Assembly (NCBI GenBank): GCA_012295275.1
Contig: CM022671.1
Span: forward strand, 3,844,001-3,908,000
Length of the DNA: 64,000 nucleotides
Direction of reading: 5' to 3'
Origin: Chrysomallon squamiferum
Taxonomy: Eukaryota > Animalia > Mollusca
Below are positions 14,534-38,753 of this stretch, piece by piece. The translations under genes and the position numbers were made by a program. How positions within the stretch are numbered: the stretch's first letter is position 1; every line of letters starts with the position of its first letter. Under the pieces are notes generated by a model. The model was not told the origin of the DNA, made no database searches, and saw only the letters and a program-made list of their open reading frames with translations.

Positions 14534-15252
14534 AAAAATACGTTTCCACTTACGGACACATCTATTTTTGCAAATAACATATTTACATTTTATAACTGCA
14601 GTAGTGGGCTGAAGGCATTTTAATCATTAATTTTGATGGTAGAAATGCATTTGTGTTCAGAGTTATCGTTTTGTGGTCTAAATCTGTGATTCCCAACACA
14701 GAGCATAGGGAATTATGACCTTTTTTATGTTTTAGAGACAGTAAAAATTAAAAACTCAAAACGTGTAGATTTTTGGACTGTCTGAAGAGAACACAAAATG
14801 AGAGAAAAAGAGAGTGCAAAGAGCCATTTATTTGTTTTATTTTATTTATTTATTTATTTACGTATTTTTTTATTATTTATTTACATGTTTATTTATGTAT
14901 TTATTAATTTTTTATTTATTTATTTATTAATTTTTTATTTATTTATTTATTTATCTTTAAAAAAATAATAAAATAAGACTTACTTTTTTTACTCAGGGTA
15001 CATATGTATTGAAAAAAAAGTTTCACTTGATTACCAGCGGTTCACTTTATAGTTGTCATTTCTGATGTCCCCAATAAACAATTTGTATCACCTCATTTGG
15101 TGTTTGTTCTTGTGTGAAAGCCTTTTCAGAATAATACTTTGTAAACGTATCAAGACAGTAGTGCATGTATGAATATTTAACATTCACTAATGATGCTCAA
15201 AGTCATGATAAATATGTCTCCGTTAAACCAAAATACAAGAGACAAACAGAAA

Positions 15253-15284
<32 letters not shown>

Positions 15285-15643
15285 ACAAAATATTGTTTAA
15301 AGCAAACACATAAACAAACGCAAATCATGCACACAAATACAGAATACATAGACACATAAAAACCACAAACACAAATACAGCATCCAGAGAAACACAAACA
15401 CAAACACGACACTCAAACACAATACAAACTCAAACACACCAAACACAAAATCCAACACACACACAGCATACAAAGAAACACAAACACAAGACAGACAATT
15501 GTCTTTACCTTTCTCTCTCTCACACATATCAACATACAAACTCGCATATATACACAAGTGTAAATATACAGAAACAAAATAAAATAAAATAAAATAAAAT
15601 AAAATAAAATAAAATAAAATAAAATAAAAAATGTCAAAAAATA

Positions 15644-16370
15644 CAGTGGTACCTTGACCTACTAGTAACTCAATTTGCTCGTTTATCAAATCAATTTTCC
15701 CAACTGAAATTAACTGAAATACCATTAATTATCATTATACCATTAATAATCCCGCCCCCCAAAATCACACCAATTTTTTGTAACGTTTTTTTTTAAATAA
15801 GGAAAAATGTATTTATAAATGACAAATATTGTATAAAAAAAAAAAAAATAAAAGAGAATGTAAAGAAATAAACTGATTTTGTAAAGTGTATTTATCTTGG
15901 AGATCAGACAAATTATTTTAACGCCTTTGGCTGGAGTTGTAGCCTTTATCGACTGCTTCTGCTTCAGTATGGTACATATCGTAGACGTACTACGCTCGTA
16001 AAGCCAAGCCAAATGGATTACAGGCACACCTTTCTCATGATTTTTAATGATTTCATGCTTTAATTCAATTGACATCATCCGCTTCTTCTTCTCAGGACTG
16101 TCCTTTGTTGGGAGTCACTATCAGAAGAAAAAAGTGTGCGAAATTAATACAGAGATGCTTCCACAGCGAGGTAATCACGTAAAGTAAATGAGTGAGAAGC
16201 GGGATGCTGGACGGATGTTGTGCTGTTCGTTGCGCCAAGTAACTGCGGCGTATCTGAAGCTCACTCGTAAGTCGGATCTTGGCTCGCAACTCAAAGCAAA
16301 TCCGCCCGAGCGATTGCTCGTAACTCGGAAAACTTGTAACCTGGGTCAGTCGTAAGTCAAGGTCCCACTG
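15644..16370 (-). mobile_element. Internally deleted Tigger/pogo (Tc1-mariner superfamily) DNA transposon, 727 bp
   Basis: TIRs CAGTGGTACCTTGACCTAC (15644) and GTAAGTCAAGGTCCCACTG (ends 16370), flanked by TA on both sides. Minus-strand remnant KKKRMMSIELKHEIIKNHEKGVPVIHLAWLYERSTSTICTILKQKQSIK matches the HTH_psq/CENP-B N-terminal domain; no DDE domain. Confidence 0.9.
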
Positions 16371-16631
16371 TAAAATAAAATAAATAAATAAACAAACCAA
16401 CGCAGTCGACAGTCTCGTATTAAAAACATCCCATTAGTTTTACTTTACACACTGGAATATTTTGTTGCATTGAGGAATTCCATGATCAATTTTTTTTTTT
16501 TTTTGGATCTACTTAATAAAATAATAATAAACACCATTAATGTATATTATTGTTTTATTAAACAATAAACGCATTCGACAGTAAATAGAAATAATGCTTA
16601 TCATTATATTATATATTTACTATTAATACAT

Positions 16632-16728
<97 letters not shown>

Positions 16729-17311
16729 TTATTGTTTTTTTTTCTTAGATTAAAAGACCTTATTTAAACATTAAACGCAGACGTCACATTGTAGATTTCA
16801 TCCCAGTGACCTCTATGGACTCTTTTATTAAGAGGAATATAAGGCTGAACATTTTTACTGGGACGAGTGTTAAACATTCGTCAATAATAATTTTAAAAAA
16901 AATTTAGTGACTGATATTAATGCTTCAGTGATTACTTTATATCACTGAAGTTATTAATAATTTTCTATCATCTATAACCTACAGTAGCGGATGTATAAAT
17001 AACTCACGGGCTTATTTTCATTTATTTCATTTTCTTAATATTGATTCGGTTATTGTGTGATAAAACTAAAACGCGTAATTCTTTTTCTCATTATTTATTT
17101 AATATAAACTAATGTTAGTGGCACTCACCGGGGTATCATGAAGTCAGATATCCTGGACAAAGGGCGTGGAGACATATTCACAATTCAATAAATGATAGTC
17201 ATTATTTCAACGAAAATATTCATGTTAAAATCGTGGATATTATTTTCTGTCTGTTTTTGTAACTGGATGGTTTCGTTTACTGAAAATGTTATGTATGTAT
17301 GTATGTGTTTT

Positions 17312-17358
<47 letters not shown>

Positions 17359-17515
17359 TTTTTGTAAGTTTATTCATACACATATACACATACATATACA
17401 TACATACAAACAAACACCGTATATATTAGTTATTTCAGTTAGTCAATATCAGTAGCGGTCCCATATATATCACAATTAGTTCACTTCTTTATATCAGTCT
17501 ATGTATATGTATATA

Positions 17516-17554
<39 letters not shown>

Positions 17555-17558
<4 letters not shown>

Positions 17559-17645
17559 TTGTAAATTTGTATTTTAGAATATATATATTTGTAAATTTGT
17601 ATTTTAGAATATATATATATTTGTAAATTTGTATTTTAGTATTTA
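17555..17645. repeat. Short tandem repeat, ~30-bp unit x3
   Basis: atatttgtaaatttgtattttagaatatat repeated three times. Confidence 0.8.
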
Positions 17646-17875
17646 AATATTCTCTGACATGTACGTCTGATTAGACTCTGCACTCAGACAATATTTGGAA
17701 ACGCACTGGAGCAGGAGGATGAAGTACAAACACGACCTCACAAACCCGTCAGATGCTGGTGTGTATGTTTGTGCATCTGTATGTATGTATGTGTATATGC
17801 ATGTATGTATATATGTATTTGTATGTATTAGTGTATATATACATGTATTCTTTTTCCGATATGCAGAACACAGTA

Positions 17876-19781
17876 ATGAAGGCTAAAGAGATTAACACAT
17901 TTGTGAATCTACAGAGTGTATCGGATGGAAATTCATCAAGCAATTCAGTTTATACTCTAGACCGCGATGCGGGTCTTGGTTCAAACATGCCTGCAGGTAA
18001 CTATCTTTTAAAACTAATTACTGCAATTGTCGTAAGTATTATTAACAGTTTAGAATAATACAATGAAAAAAAAAAAAAATGTTTTGTTCTTTTAGTTAAA
18101 AGTACAGATTAACAAGAAACAAACTAACAAATCTGTTTAGACACTCTTTTGCAATTTATGTTATAATTAAATGTATGTATGTATGTATGTATATACACAC
18201 ACATAAATTCATATAATATATATAAGAATATATATTTTATAAACTCATGTATTTGCGTACTCCACAGGAGAAAGCAAACTCTATAACATGATTGTTTTAG
18301 CGAGATAATGATAAAGCAAAACAGAAACTCTTTCTATTCATTATAAATCTTTTACAGACCTTAAAAAACTCATAATTATACTCCTTACAAAACTCATATA
18401 CTCCCAAGAAAACATATACACTCCTTAGAAAATCCATCTATTAAAATTAAAATAAAATTAAGATGCAATTTGTATCCGTCTTTGTTTTCAGAAGATAATG
18501 ATAACAGAAAAGAAAATGAGAATGAAAAGGAGAGTCTGGCAAAGGATTTGTTTGTGACGTTTGCTTCTAATTCCACGATACATGGACTGCCCAAGACGGT
18601 TAGCTCACATCCATATAAACAACAAAGGTAAATGATAAAACAAATTATAGAAATGTGACTCTACATACCGAACCGCAATATAGAAAATGTCATGTTACCA
18701 TAGTCTTTCGATTATGACATTTTCAGAAACGAGAGAGAGATAGAGAGATAGAGAGAATGCTTTTGATGATCTTTCTGAAGAAGTTAGAATAATTCGCTCA
18801 TATTTTTTATTTTTTATTTATTTATTTATTTTTAAATAATTAGCAACATTCTATCAACAACTATACAGACTGCAGAGCTGGGATGGATATTGTTGTTGTT
18901 GTTATTAATATTATTATTATTTTTTGTTATTGTTGTTGTTGTTTTTCTTCTCATTATATTAATGTTGCTGGTATTATTATTGCTATTTTTGCAGATGTCT
19001 GTGGGTATTCATTATCATTTCAATGGTAGTGATTTTGTCTGTCACTATCGCTCTTCAAGTGAGGACGTTTCTGGAATATCCTTCGGTCATCAAGTCAAAC
19101 GAGACACCTCTTTCACTATCTGATATCCCTGACGTGACTATTTGCAGCCAAGAAACTATGTCTTTCGGTAGACCTGGAAGTACAAGTCTCATTCCTGCGA
19201 ATATAGAACTGTATAACGATCTTGAGAAAAACATCCTCGAAATGGCTCTTGCCAATCGGAAAGTCAGAGTTAAATTAGCAAGAGGCAACAGGGGATGGTG
19301 GTTAACGAACCCTGAGTTATACACGACGACAGAAATCACTTCTAATGGCGTCTGCGAGAGATTTGAAACTTCCAGATTTCTGCGTTATAAGTATCTCAAA
19401 GAAATTGGAATGAACTCGGTGGAGATAATTCTGGGCTATAACTATCGTTTTCCAACTATTACGTCTTTTCGCGTTGGAATTACGGTAATCTGCACCAGAC
19501 ATTCATTTATTTACTTACTTAAGTATTTACGTATTTATCGACGTGCCTACCTACCTTCCTGCCTGATTATCTTCGTATGTATCTGCATACCTACCTACTT
19601 GTCTGTCTGTCTGTCTATTTGTCTGTGTGTCCGTCTATATATCTCTATGTCTGCCTGTCTGTTTATATCTGTCTATCTATCCATTTGTACATCTATCTGT
19701 CGGTCTTTCTGTCTATGTCTGTCTGTCTTTTAATCTGTATATCTATCTATCATTTTATCTATCTGTCTTTCTATCTACCTG

Positions 19782-19849
<68 letters not shown>

Positions 19850-20608
19850 CATATATATATTTTGTCTATTAAATGTGTTTATAAATGTTTTTATAAATGA
19901 TATATTGGTTATATGGAAACTATGCAAGTTATATATAACTATGTAAGCACAATAATGACTATTAAACATGTTGATAAATAATGTACTGGTTTCGCAGGTT
20001 ACGACAAGAACACATAAATATAAATATATTGATAAATAATATATTGGTAACTAAAACTATAACGTAAACACAATGACGACTGTTAAATGTGTTAATAAAT
20101 GACATTCTGGCTAAACATGCACTACAATGGACGTTTTGACATAAACACAATAATTACTATTCTGTATGTTGATAATGTTTCGGTTACGGAGGTTACAACA
20201 TAAACACAACAATACATGTTAAATGTGTTGATACATGATGTACTGGTTACGCATTAAAACTTGCCTGGTATATAGATAAGTAACGTATTGCTTATCATGG
20301 TACGACAGTTAAAGTAATTAAATTTATGATATTGTTATTATTAACATTTTTCTGAAGACAAAAAAAAAACATGACTAAGACTGAACCAAAGTGTTGATGA
20401 ATATGTTTTAGTTATATTATTATTTTTGTGTTGGTTACCTAGGTTACATTACACGACAGGACAATGAAGCCGTTTCCTCAGTGGAAGGCAGTGACTCTAC
20501 CCATCAATTCCAGCTGCACTTTAAAATTCCACAAAGTTGTTGTGAGTACAATACGTTTGTTGTTGTTGTTGTTGTTATTATTATTATCATGATCATCACC
20601 AGCGTTCA

Positions 20609-20642
<34 letters not shown>

Positions 20643-23600
20643 TGAAAAAGAACATAAATATATGAGAGACATCTTAAGAAATATAACCCAGTTGAAAATA
20701 ACAACTGTTTCAAAATAACACCTAATATATTCAAATAAAAAATACACTAGTTACGTGGCTTTCAAAATAGTACGTAACATATCACAATAAGTAACTCCAC
20801 TGGTTATGTAAATTTCAGAACAGTACCTAATACATCATAAAAATAATACGAAACAACTTATTTTCTCTCTATGGTTCCGTTTGTTTGTTCTTGTTTTTTT
20901 AGAGACTGTCTTTGACAAAACCGTACAAATCTTTCGTGGCCGAGGAATGCGTAGACACGTCCAGCCCTAGTTTCGTAAATCCTCTGAAGAGATACGACAT
21001 CTACACAGCACACGCCTGTTTCACGGAATGTTTTGCTGACTACATCCTGGAGAAATGTAGCTGCAGATATTACCTACATCCAGGTATCAGTTATTACCAA
21101 CATCCATGTAACAATTTGAACATGTAGAATATCTTGAGAGAATTCAGATATATAAACATCCAGGTATCAGATGAATTATTATTCACAAACTGAACCTAAA
21201 ATATACATGATCACACCAATACTGTAGTGGTTTGTGTCAAAAACGTAAAAGTATCCTATTTTATTTTTTTAACTTAAAACAAAAGTCCAGAGAATTGCTA
21301 AGTAAAATAGGGAACTACTTCCCTGCGATATAAAGTATTTGCATTATCGATACTCGATAATAAAGTTAAGGGTTTTGTGAAATGATTACATAGGAGGATG
21401 CTTCTCGTAAGGAATGATTAAAATATTAAAATCTTCTATAGAAAATATTCATGCTAAAACTTAATTGACCTTAATAAATATATTCCCCAGATCATCGATT
21501 AGATGATCATAGTAGTGATGCCATCATTAAGTAGGAATGTAGATAGAAATGAACGTGGATTATTTTATCTATGTTTTTTATGTATTAAATATATCATTGC
21601 ACTACCTGTTCGTCAGAATGGAATATCAGATCTATCTAATTTCTGATGTATATATTACAACACTGTCAACATTATCATCATCATCATCACCACCAGTAGC
21701 AGCAACAACGGCAAATAATATTAAAATTTTCTCTTTTTCTTTCTCTCGTATTTCATTTTTTTTTTTGCTATTCTAGGAAATGAGACATTGTGTACCTCTA
21801 GTGAGATCACTTCCTGTTACAACGAAAAATACGGTATGTATCTTTTTATATCAAATTAAATCTTTGTCCGTTAATTTATTCATTGCAGGTTTGTATCTTT
21901 TTATTAATCTCTGATTTGTAGTAACTTATTAAACTCTTGTTTGTATTAACGCTTTAATCTCCGGTTCATATTAACTTATTAAACACCAGTTTGTATTAAC
22001 TTATTAAATTCTGGTTTGTATAAACTTATTAAACACTGGTTTCTGTTAATTTATTTAAATATCTTTTGTTTTGACTTATTAAACTCTAGTTTCTATTAAT
22101 TTATTAAACTCTGTGGTGCATTATATTATTTATCTCAGATTTGTATCAACTTATTAAACTATGGTTTGTAGTAACTTAATAAATTCTGGTTTGTAGTAGA
22201 TAATTAAACTCAAGTTTGTATTATCTTATTTAACTCTGGTTTGTATTAATTGATTTAACACTCTTTTGTATTAATTTATTAAACTGGTTTGTATTATCTT
22301 ATTAATCTGTTTTGATTGAAAAACACTGGTTTCTAGTTTGTAATTTTAAACTTTTTAATTAACTTATTAAACTCTAGTTTGTATTAGCTTATTAAACTCA
22401 GATTTGTATTTACTTATTAAACTCAGATTTGTATTTACTTATTAAACACTGGTTTGTATTCACTTATTCAGCTCTGCTTTGTATCAACTTATTAAACTAT
22501 GGTTTATATTTACTTAATAAATTCTGCTTCGTATTAGCTTATTAAACACTGGTTTGCATTAAAAACTCTGGTTTATAATATCTTTGAGTTGACTTATTAA
22601 ACTCTCTTTTGTATTAACTTATTAAACTCTAGTTTGTATTAGCTTATTAAACTCTGGTTTGTATTAATTTAATAAAAACTGGTTTGTATTAGCTTATTAA
22701 ACTCAGATTTGTATTAACTTATTTAACTCTGGTTTGTATTAACTTATTTAACTCTGGTTTGTATTAACTTATTTAACTCTGGTTTGTATTAACTTATTAA
22801 ACTCTGGTTTGCATTTTCTTATTAAACACTGGTTTGTATTAACTTATTAAAGTCTGGTTCGTATTAACTTATTAAACTCTGGTTTGTATTAACGTATTAA
22901 ACTCTGGTTTGTATTAACTTATTAAACTCTGGTTTGTATTAACTTATTAAACTCTGGTTTGTATTAACTTATTAAACACTGGTTTGTAAACTGGTTTGTA
23001 TTAACTGGTTTATTAAACTCAGGTTTGTATTAACTTATTAAACTCAGGTTTATTTTAAAACTCAGGTTTGTATTAAACTCAGGTTTGTATTTTATTAAAC
23101 TCAGGTTTGTATTAACTTATTAAACTCTGGTTTGTATTAACTTATTTATTTTTGTAAACCTGGTTTGTATTAACTTATTAAACTCTGGTTTGTATTAACG
23201 TATTAAACTTTTTGTAAACTTATTAAACTCAGGTTTGTATCAACTTATTAAACTATTTGTTTTGGACTTGGTTTGTATTAACTTATTAGACTCTGGTTTG
23301 TAAATTATTAGACTCTGGTTTGTATTAACTTATTAAACTCTGGTTTGTATTAACTTATTAAACTCTGGTTTGTATTAACTTATTAAACTCAGGTTTGTAT
23401 TAACTTATTAAACTCTGGTTTGTATTAACTTATTAAACTCTGGTTTGTATTAACTTATTTAACTCTGGTTTGTATTAACGTATTAAACACTGGTTTGTAT
23501 TAACTTATTAAACTCTGGTTTGTATTAACGTATTAAACTCTGGTTTGTATTAACTTATTAAACTCTGGTTTGTATTAACTTATTAAACTCTGGTTTGTAT

Positions 23601-25577
23601 TAACTTATTAGACTCTGGTTTGTATTAACTTATTAAACTCTGGTTTGTATTAACTTATTAAACTCTGGTTTGTATTAACTTATTAGACTCTGGTTTGTAT
23701 TAACTTATCTGACAACTTATTAGACTTAAACAGTTGAAACAGGTAGGAGGGGGAATTATCACGGGTGAAACGACCTAGGGGAAGTCACCAGGGTAGAAAT
23801 TATCGGGGGCATTGACTAGGGGAAATATCCGGGGTGCCGGCTTGATACCAAACATTATATAGTTACACTATTTACTGTTTTATTTTATTTTAATTTTATT
23901 TATTTATTTAATATTGTTTATATGATCAGCTTAAATTAAATACATAAACATTCAGATACCACTGATATAACTTTCCACCAATAAAGATAAAACAATAAAT
24001 AAAAATAAAAATAATTTAACTTAATAAGTCTATAAATAAATTAGACACATCTATAACAATATAATTATATATTAGATATGTCCATAGTATCTTTAGAATA
24101 CATATTCCACGTATATTTCATTCAGTTAGTTTCGTATAAATGTGTTTGTATTTGAGTAGTATACAGCAGTAAATACGGGATATAATTATGTTTGTAATTT
24201 GTTTTCAGGTTTGTTTGACACTTCGCAATGCAGCTGTATTCAACCCTGCAACCAATCAGATTACAGCATTTCCACGTCTTGTAGTACAATAAAAAAGTGA
24301 GTAATTATGTATATGATACCAACAACAACAACAACAGTAATAATAGCCTAATAATGAGGAAAAAAACAAAAAAACATTAACAACAATAGAAATAACAATG
24401 ATTATAAGAACAGCAACAATAAGAACAATGACAACAGCTACAACAACTACAACAGCAATATCAACAGTTGCAACACCAACAATAGCAATAGCTGCAACAG
24501 CAAGTAAAACAACAACAAAAATAGTAATAAACGATGATGGTGATGATGATAAGAAAAAACAACATCAGCAATTACAGAAATAACAATAACAACAATAATA
24601 ACGTCAATGATAAGAACAATAACAATAATGACAACAATTATAAAACAAACAGGAACAACAACAACAACAATGGTAATAATAATACTATTATGAAAATGAT
24701 GATGATAATGATGCATTGGTCTTTGGTATCTTGGTATACAAATACACTTTTCCTTTCAAGAACTTCCAAACAGTATAAAATGTGTAATGACAATTAAAAC
24801 ATTTCCTAGAGGACATGTTAAGTCATCAGTTCCAGTTAGTATTTCGCTACTGAAAAATTGTTCGATCATTCGATCGTTCGTTCGTTCTTTCTTTCGGTCT
24901 TTCATTCGTCCTTTCGTTCATCCTTTCTTTAATTCTTTTTCTCACAGTCCATTGCAATCAATGGTCCATATTCAAGTGATTGGAGATGGGTTAACGCAGA
25001 CAGTAATGCAACAGGATCCACTCCTGACTCTGGACTCGCTTTTGGGTAAAAACAGTTGGAATTAATTTCCCAGTTTACGTTTTAAACTACTGAATATAGT
25101 TCCTTTAATTGTATAATTAGATTTTTGTGAAATGCATGATAATGATTATATTGAAAACAACGGGTGATAAAAATAATGAATAAAACTGGCAAAAACAACA
25201 ACAATAATAATAATAATAAACAACAACAACGACGACGACGATGATGAAATGATTACAACAACAACGATGATGATGATGATGAAATGATTATAACAACAAC
25301 TACAACAACAACAAAACTAAATATATATCAATTTTTGAAACTTTCTTTTTCCTATAGTTGTGTTTTGTTAAAAATGTTAAGAAAAACGATGTTAAGATGT
25401 TTTTTTTTTATTTTATTATTTTTTTTTTTTTTGGCAGGATCAATCGGTGGACTTATTGGTTTGTTCATGGGTTTCAGTCTGATGTCCGTCATTGAACTTT
25501 TAGAATTTATCTTCATGCTCTGCAGACGAGCAGCAAAATGCAGTAAAAGAAGAACGAATAAAACAGTTTTATTTTGA
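17876..25577 (+). CDS. DEG/ENaC (ASIC/FaNaC/degenerin superfamily) channel subunit, divergent, ~469 aa
   Basis: Exons 17876-17996 (start tentative), 18492-18627, 18995-19484, 20443-20541, 20903-21083, 21777-21833, 24209-24296, 24948-25045, 25438-25577, all GT-AG and phase-consistent. Motifs: FASNSTIHG (HG gating motif), TM1 CLWVFIIISMVVILSVTIAL, FLEYPS, PDVTIC, thumb Cys ladder (ACFTEC, KCSC, CSCIQPC), TM2 LLGSIGGLIGLFMGFSLMSVIELLE with GxS filter. Confidence 0.92.
19870..20255. repeat. Degenerate ~60-bp minisatellite in a DEG/ENaC intron
   Basis: Recurring aaatgtgttgataaatgatgtactggttacg...aaacacaa-like units. Confidence 0.55.
21885..23730. repeat. 25-bp-unit minisatellite (~70 copies) in DEG/ENaC intron 6
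   Basis: Unit AAACTCTGGTTTGTATTAACTTATT; near-perfect copies ~23330-23705, progressively degenerate toward the 5' end. Confidence 0.95.
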
Positions 25578-26146
25578 AAATTAATTTTAACAAGTGTGAT
25601 TCAGAATGATTTTTATGTATTTATTTGTTTGTTTATTTATGTTTCTTTACTTATTCCTTTGTTTATTTGTTTGCTTATTTCTTCATTTATTTGTATGTTT
25701 GTTTTATTTATTTTTATTTTATTTATTTATTTATTTGTTTGTTTTGTTTATTATCTATTATTTCAGAAGACTGATGCATTATGATTTTTTGTATTTTTAT
25801 TTGTTTGTTAATTTGTTTATTTGTTTGTATGTTCGTTTGTTTGTTTATTTATTTGTTTGTATGTTTGTTTATTTTTAAAAGACGTACTCGGTGGCTATAA
25901 TTCATTGTGCTATCAGGGCAGATAATTGTATAGGACATCTGCAGAGATTTTAATTAGTTTACGATTAACAGCTAACAATTTTTTGTATATTTATTTATTT
26001 GTTTTGTGTTGCCTCCATACCTTTTAAAGTGAAATCATGGGTATCGTCTAGAACTGGAAAAAGCCCAGTGTGGACACTTATGTGATTTGATCCTGATACG
26101 TATTACTGCTCAAACCAGCATCTGTCACTGACCTAATAACCATTTA

Positions 26147-26177
<31 letters not shown>

Positions 26178-26465
26178 ATTTTAAAAATAAACTGTTGAAC
26201 AACAAAAACATTTTGAATTTATCTTCTGGAACAATCAAATTTAGGTAGAAAATTTTAAACGGAGCATTTTTTCATTGATACGCGAAATACGAGAAATAAA
26301 CAAAAAGAAGACCAACTACAAAATAAATAAAATTATGTATAAAATTATTTATGTATTTTTTCACACGCCCAAGATGGTTTAATTATAAAGATTTTTTTTG
26401 ATTTTCTAAGGAAATTTTCTAATGATCTTTATATGTTTTAATAAAGAAAACATTCATCAGATTTT

Positions 26466-26516
<51 letters not shown>

Positions 26517-27265
26517 TACACTTTCTTTAGTAATATTATTGCCAGTGTTATATATATATATATATATATATTATCTTTTTTTTTAATATAATATTATTCA
26601 ACAGTGTTTTATTTATATTTATATAACGTTTGTAATTTAAATCTTACGTTTGTAAATTTTAATCCTTAATTTTTTTTTAATTTGATATGTCGTGTATATA
26701 TTTACTCAATTTTTAAATAAAAAAAAAATTCATTTGTAAATTTCATTTTACACTTTTGTCACGCATGGATATAATTTATATAATTTATTTATACGTAATA
26801 ATTGTTAGTGTTTTAATAAAATTAGCTTAATGATAATTTATTTGGTTCCTGTTATTATTTTTTTTTTTTTTTTTTTATCATCGTCGTCATAATTGTTAAA
26901 TGTAAGCTGTTTGTTTGCTTGTATGCACATCTAAGTATACACGTATAATTATATTTGTGTAATTAATGGCAGCATCTTTGACTGTACGAACAAAAATTGT
27001 GTTATCTCACTCGGCACATTGACAATATTCAGAAACTGACATAGGAGGACATAGTCCAGTTCTAACGTTGACGATAAAAAATACAGTACTTTCAGGTTTT
27101 TTTAGAACAGTATTTACATCTGCTTCGGTAATAGTTGTGTTATTCGGAGTATGTCGAGATTATAAACGGAATTTTTACGTTTCCCGCCGAATGTTGTCGA
27201 TGTTACGCGACTTCCTTCCTTCCTCTCGAGTGTTTCCGATTTTGAGGGGTTTCATCGTAACAGGG

Positions 27266-37229
<9,964 letters not shown>

Positions 37230-38715
37230 TGACAAGAAAAAAAAAAAAAATTCACAAAAATTCAAAACCAGATTAATTTAATTATGTTTCATATTCCAGT
37301 CAGTATATATACTGTTTGTGAGCTTCATCAAAATAGTATTTATCGAAAAAAAAAAGAAAGAAAGAAACACCTCTAGTATTTACGAATTAAATAAATTTGG
37401 TTTAATTTTTCTGAAAATAACCACCTTTAGTTAACATAATCTTTTATCTCAAAACTAATTATTTCCTTCGATTTTATTTCTTATACATATACTGCTTAAA
37501 GAAATTGAAATTATCATAGTAAATACACTGTCTATTGAAGAAATGATTTCATGCTTAAATATTTTCAGATATAATAAATATGTAATCTAAATTTCCATTT
37601 AACAAGCAGAACAACTGTAAAATTTACTGTTTTTGAAAACCATGCCATATTTTGCATATTCACAAATTAACATATGCCGACAGCAAATATACTTTTTGGC
37701 TATTTTATCTTCTCTTCAATACATACAGTGCTTCCTTGCTTTTATGTATGTGTGTGTGTGTGTGTGTGTGCCTTTTTATATCTATACCAAATAAAAAAAA
37801 ATTAATCAAGTCTTAAACTATTGTACTGCACTACATATTATGTGTGTAATTTTTAATAAGTGTTCTTAATGTTATGTCAGCTTGTACATTTTTACTGATA
37901 ATAAAGTCATACCGCTTATGTTGCATTTGTTTTGATATCAAGCTATCTGAGTGAATGAATGAATAAATTACAGAGGCTCAAGCATGAATGATCAGTGATT
38001 AAACATTTGTTGAATTTGTACCTCAAAACATTAAAAAGTAATTATTGTTAGGTGTCACATATGACGTTTTGTTTGGTGACTTGGTATCTTTGATATATTT
38101 TTTATTACATATCTATATATATTTATTGATATATGCATGCATTCATCCATGATATATATATATAAACACACACACACACACACACACGTATCTGTACATG
38201 TGTATGTGTATACGCCTTAACAAACAAATTAAAATATCTTACAGTCTACACAAATAAAACAAATAACAACTGTGCATTGACACATTTTAATAGAAAACAG
38301 GCAAGATAAAGCTTTTACAACATGTATCTGTGTAAATAGGAAATAAATAGATTTACAAAAAAACAGGTTAAAAAATAGGTTTTAAAAAAAATAACAAATA
38401 TATAGTTTCTTTCTACTAAAATCTAATTCATAGTTAAAAACAATATATAAAAAACAAACAAAAAACATACAAAAAACAGTAACATTTATAATGAAAATAA
38501 ATATATTATACATAAATTTGTAAAATAAATACTTCTCAGAAATATATTAATATAAAATAGTTTAATATATGTACACAAACAAACACAGGGAGACAGTTAT
38601 GTACTTCGAACATACATAAATAAAACTGTTGTTTTTGAAATTGTTAAAAACAAATTAATACATATTCCTTTTACATTATATATATATATATACATACATA
38701 CATACATATATATAT

Positions 38716-38753
<38 letters not shown>

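Noticed and set aside
19485-19733. Hydrophobic C-terminal part of ORF 19023-19733 as a second TM segment
   Set aside because: It lies after the donor at 19484 and consists of (TCTG/TCTA)n repeats.
21885-23730. Regular 25-bp repeats superficially resembling a CRISPR array
   Set aside because: Units are contiguous with no unique spacers, there are no cas genes, and the array lies in a eukaryotic intron; it is a minisatellite.
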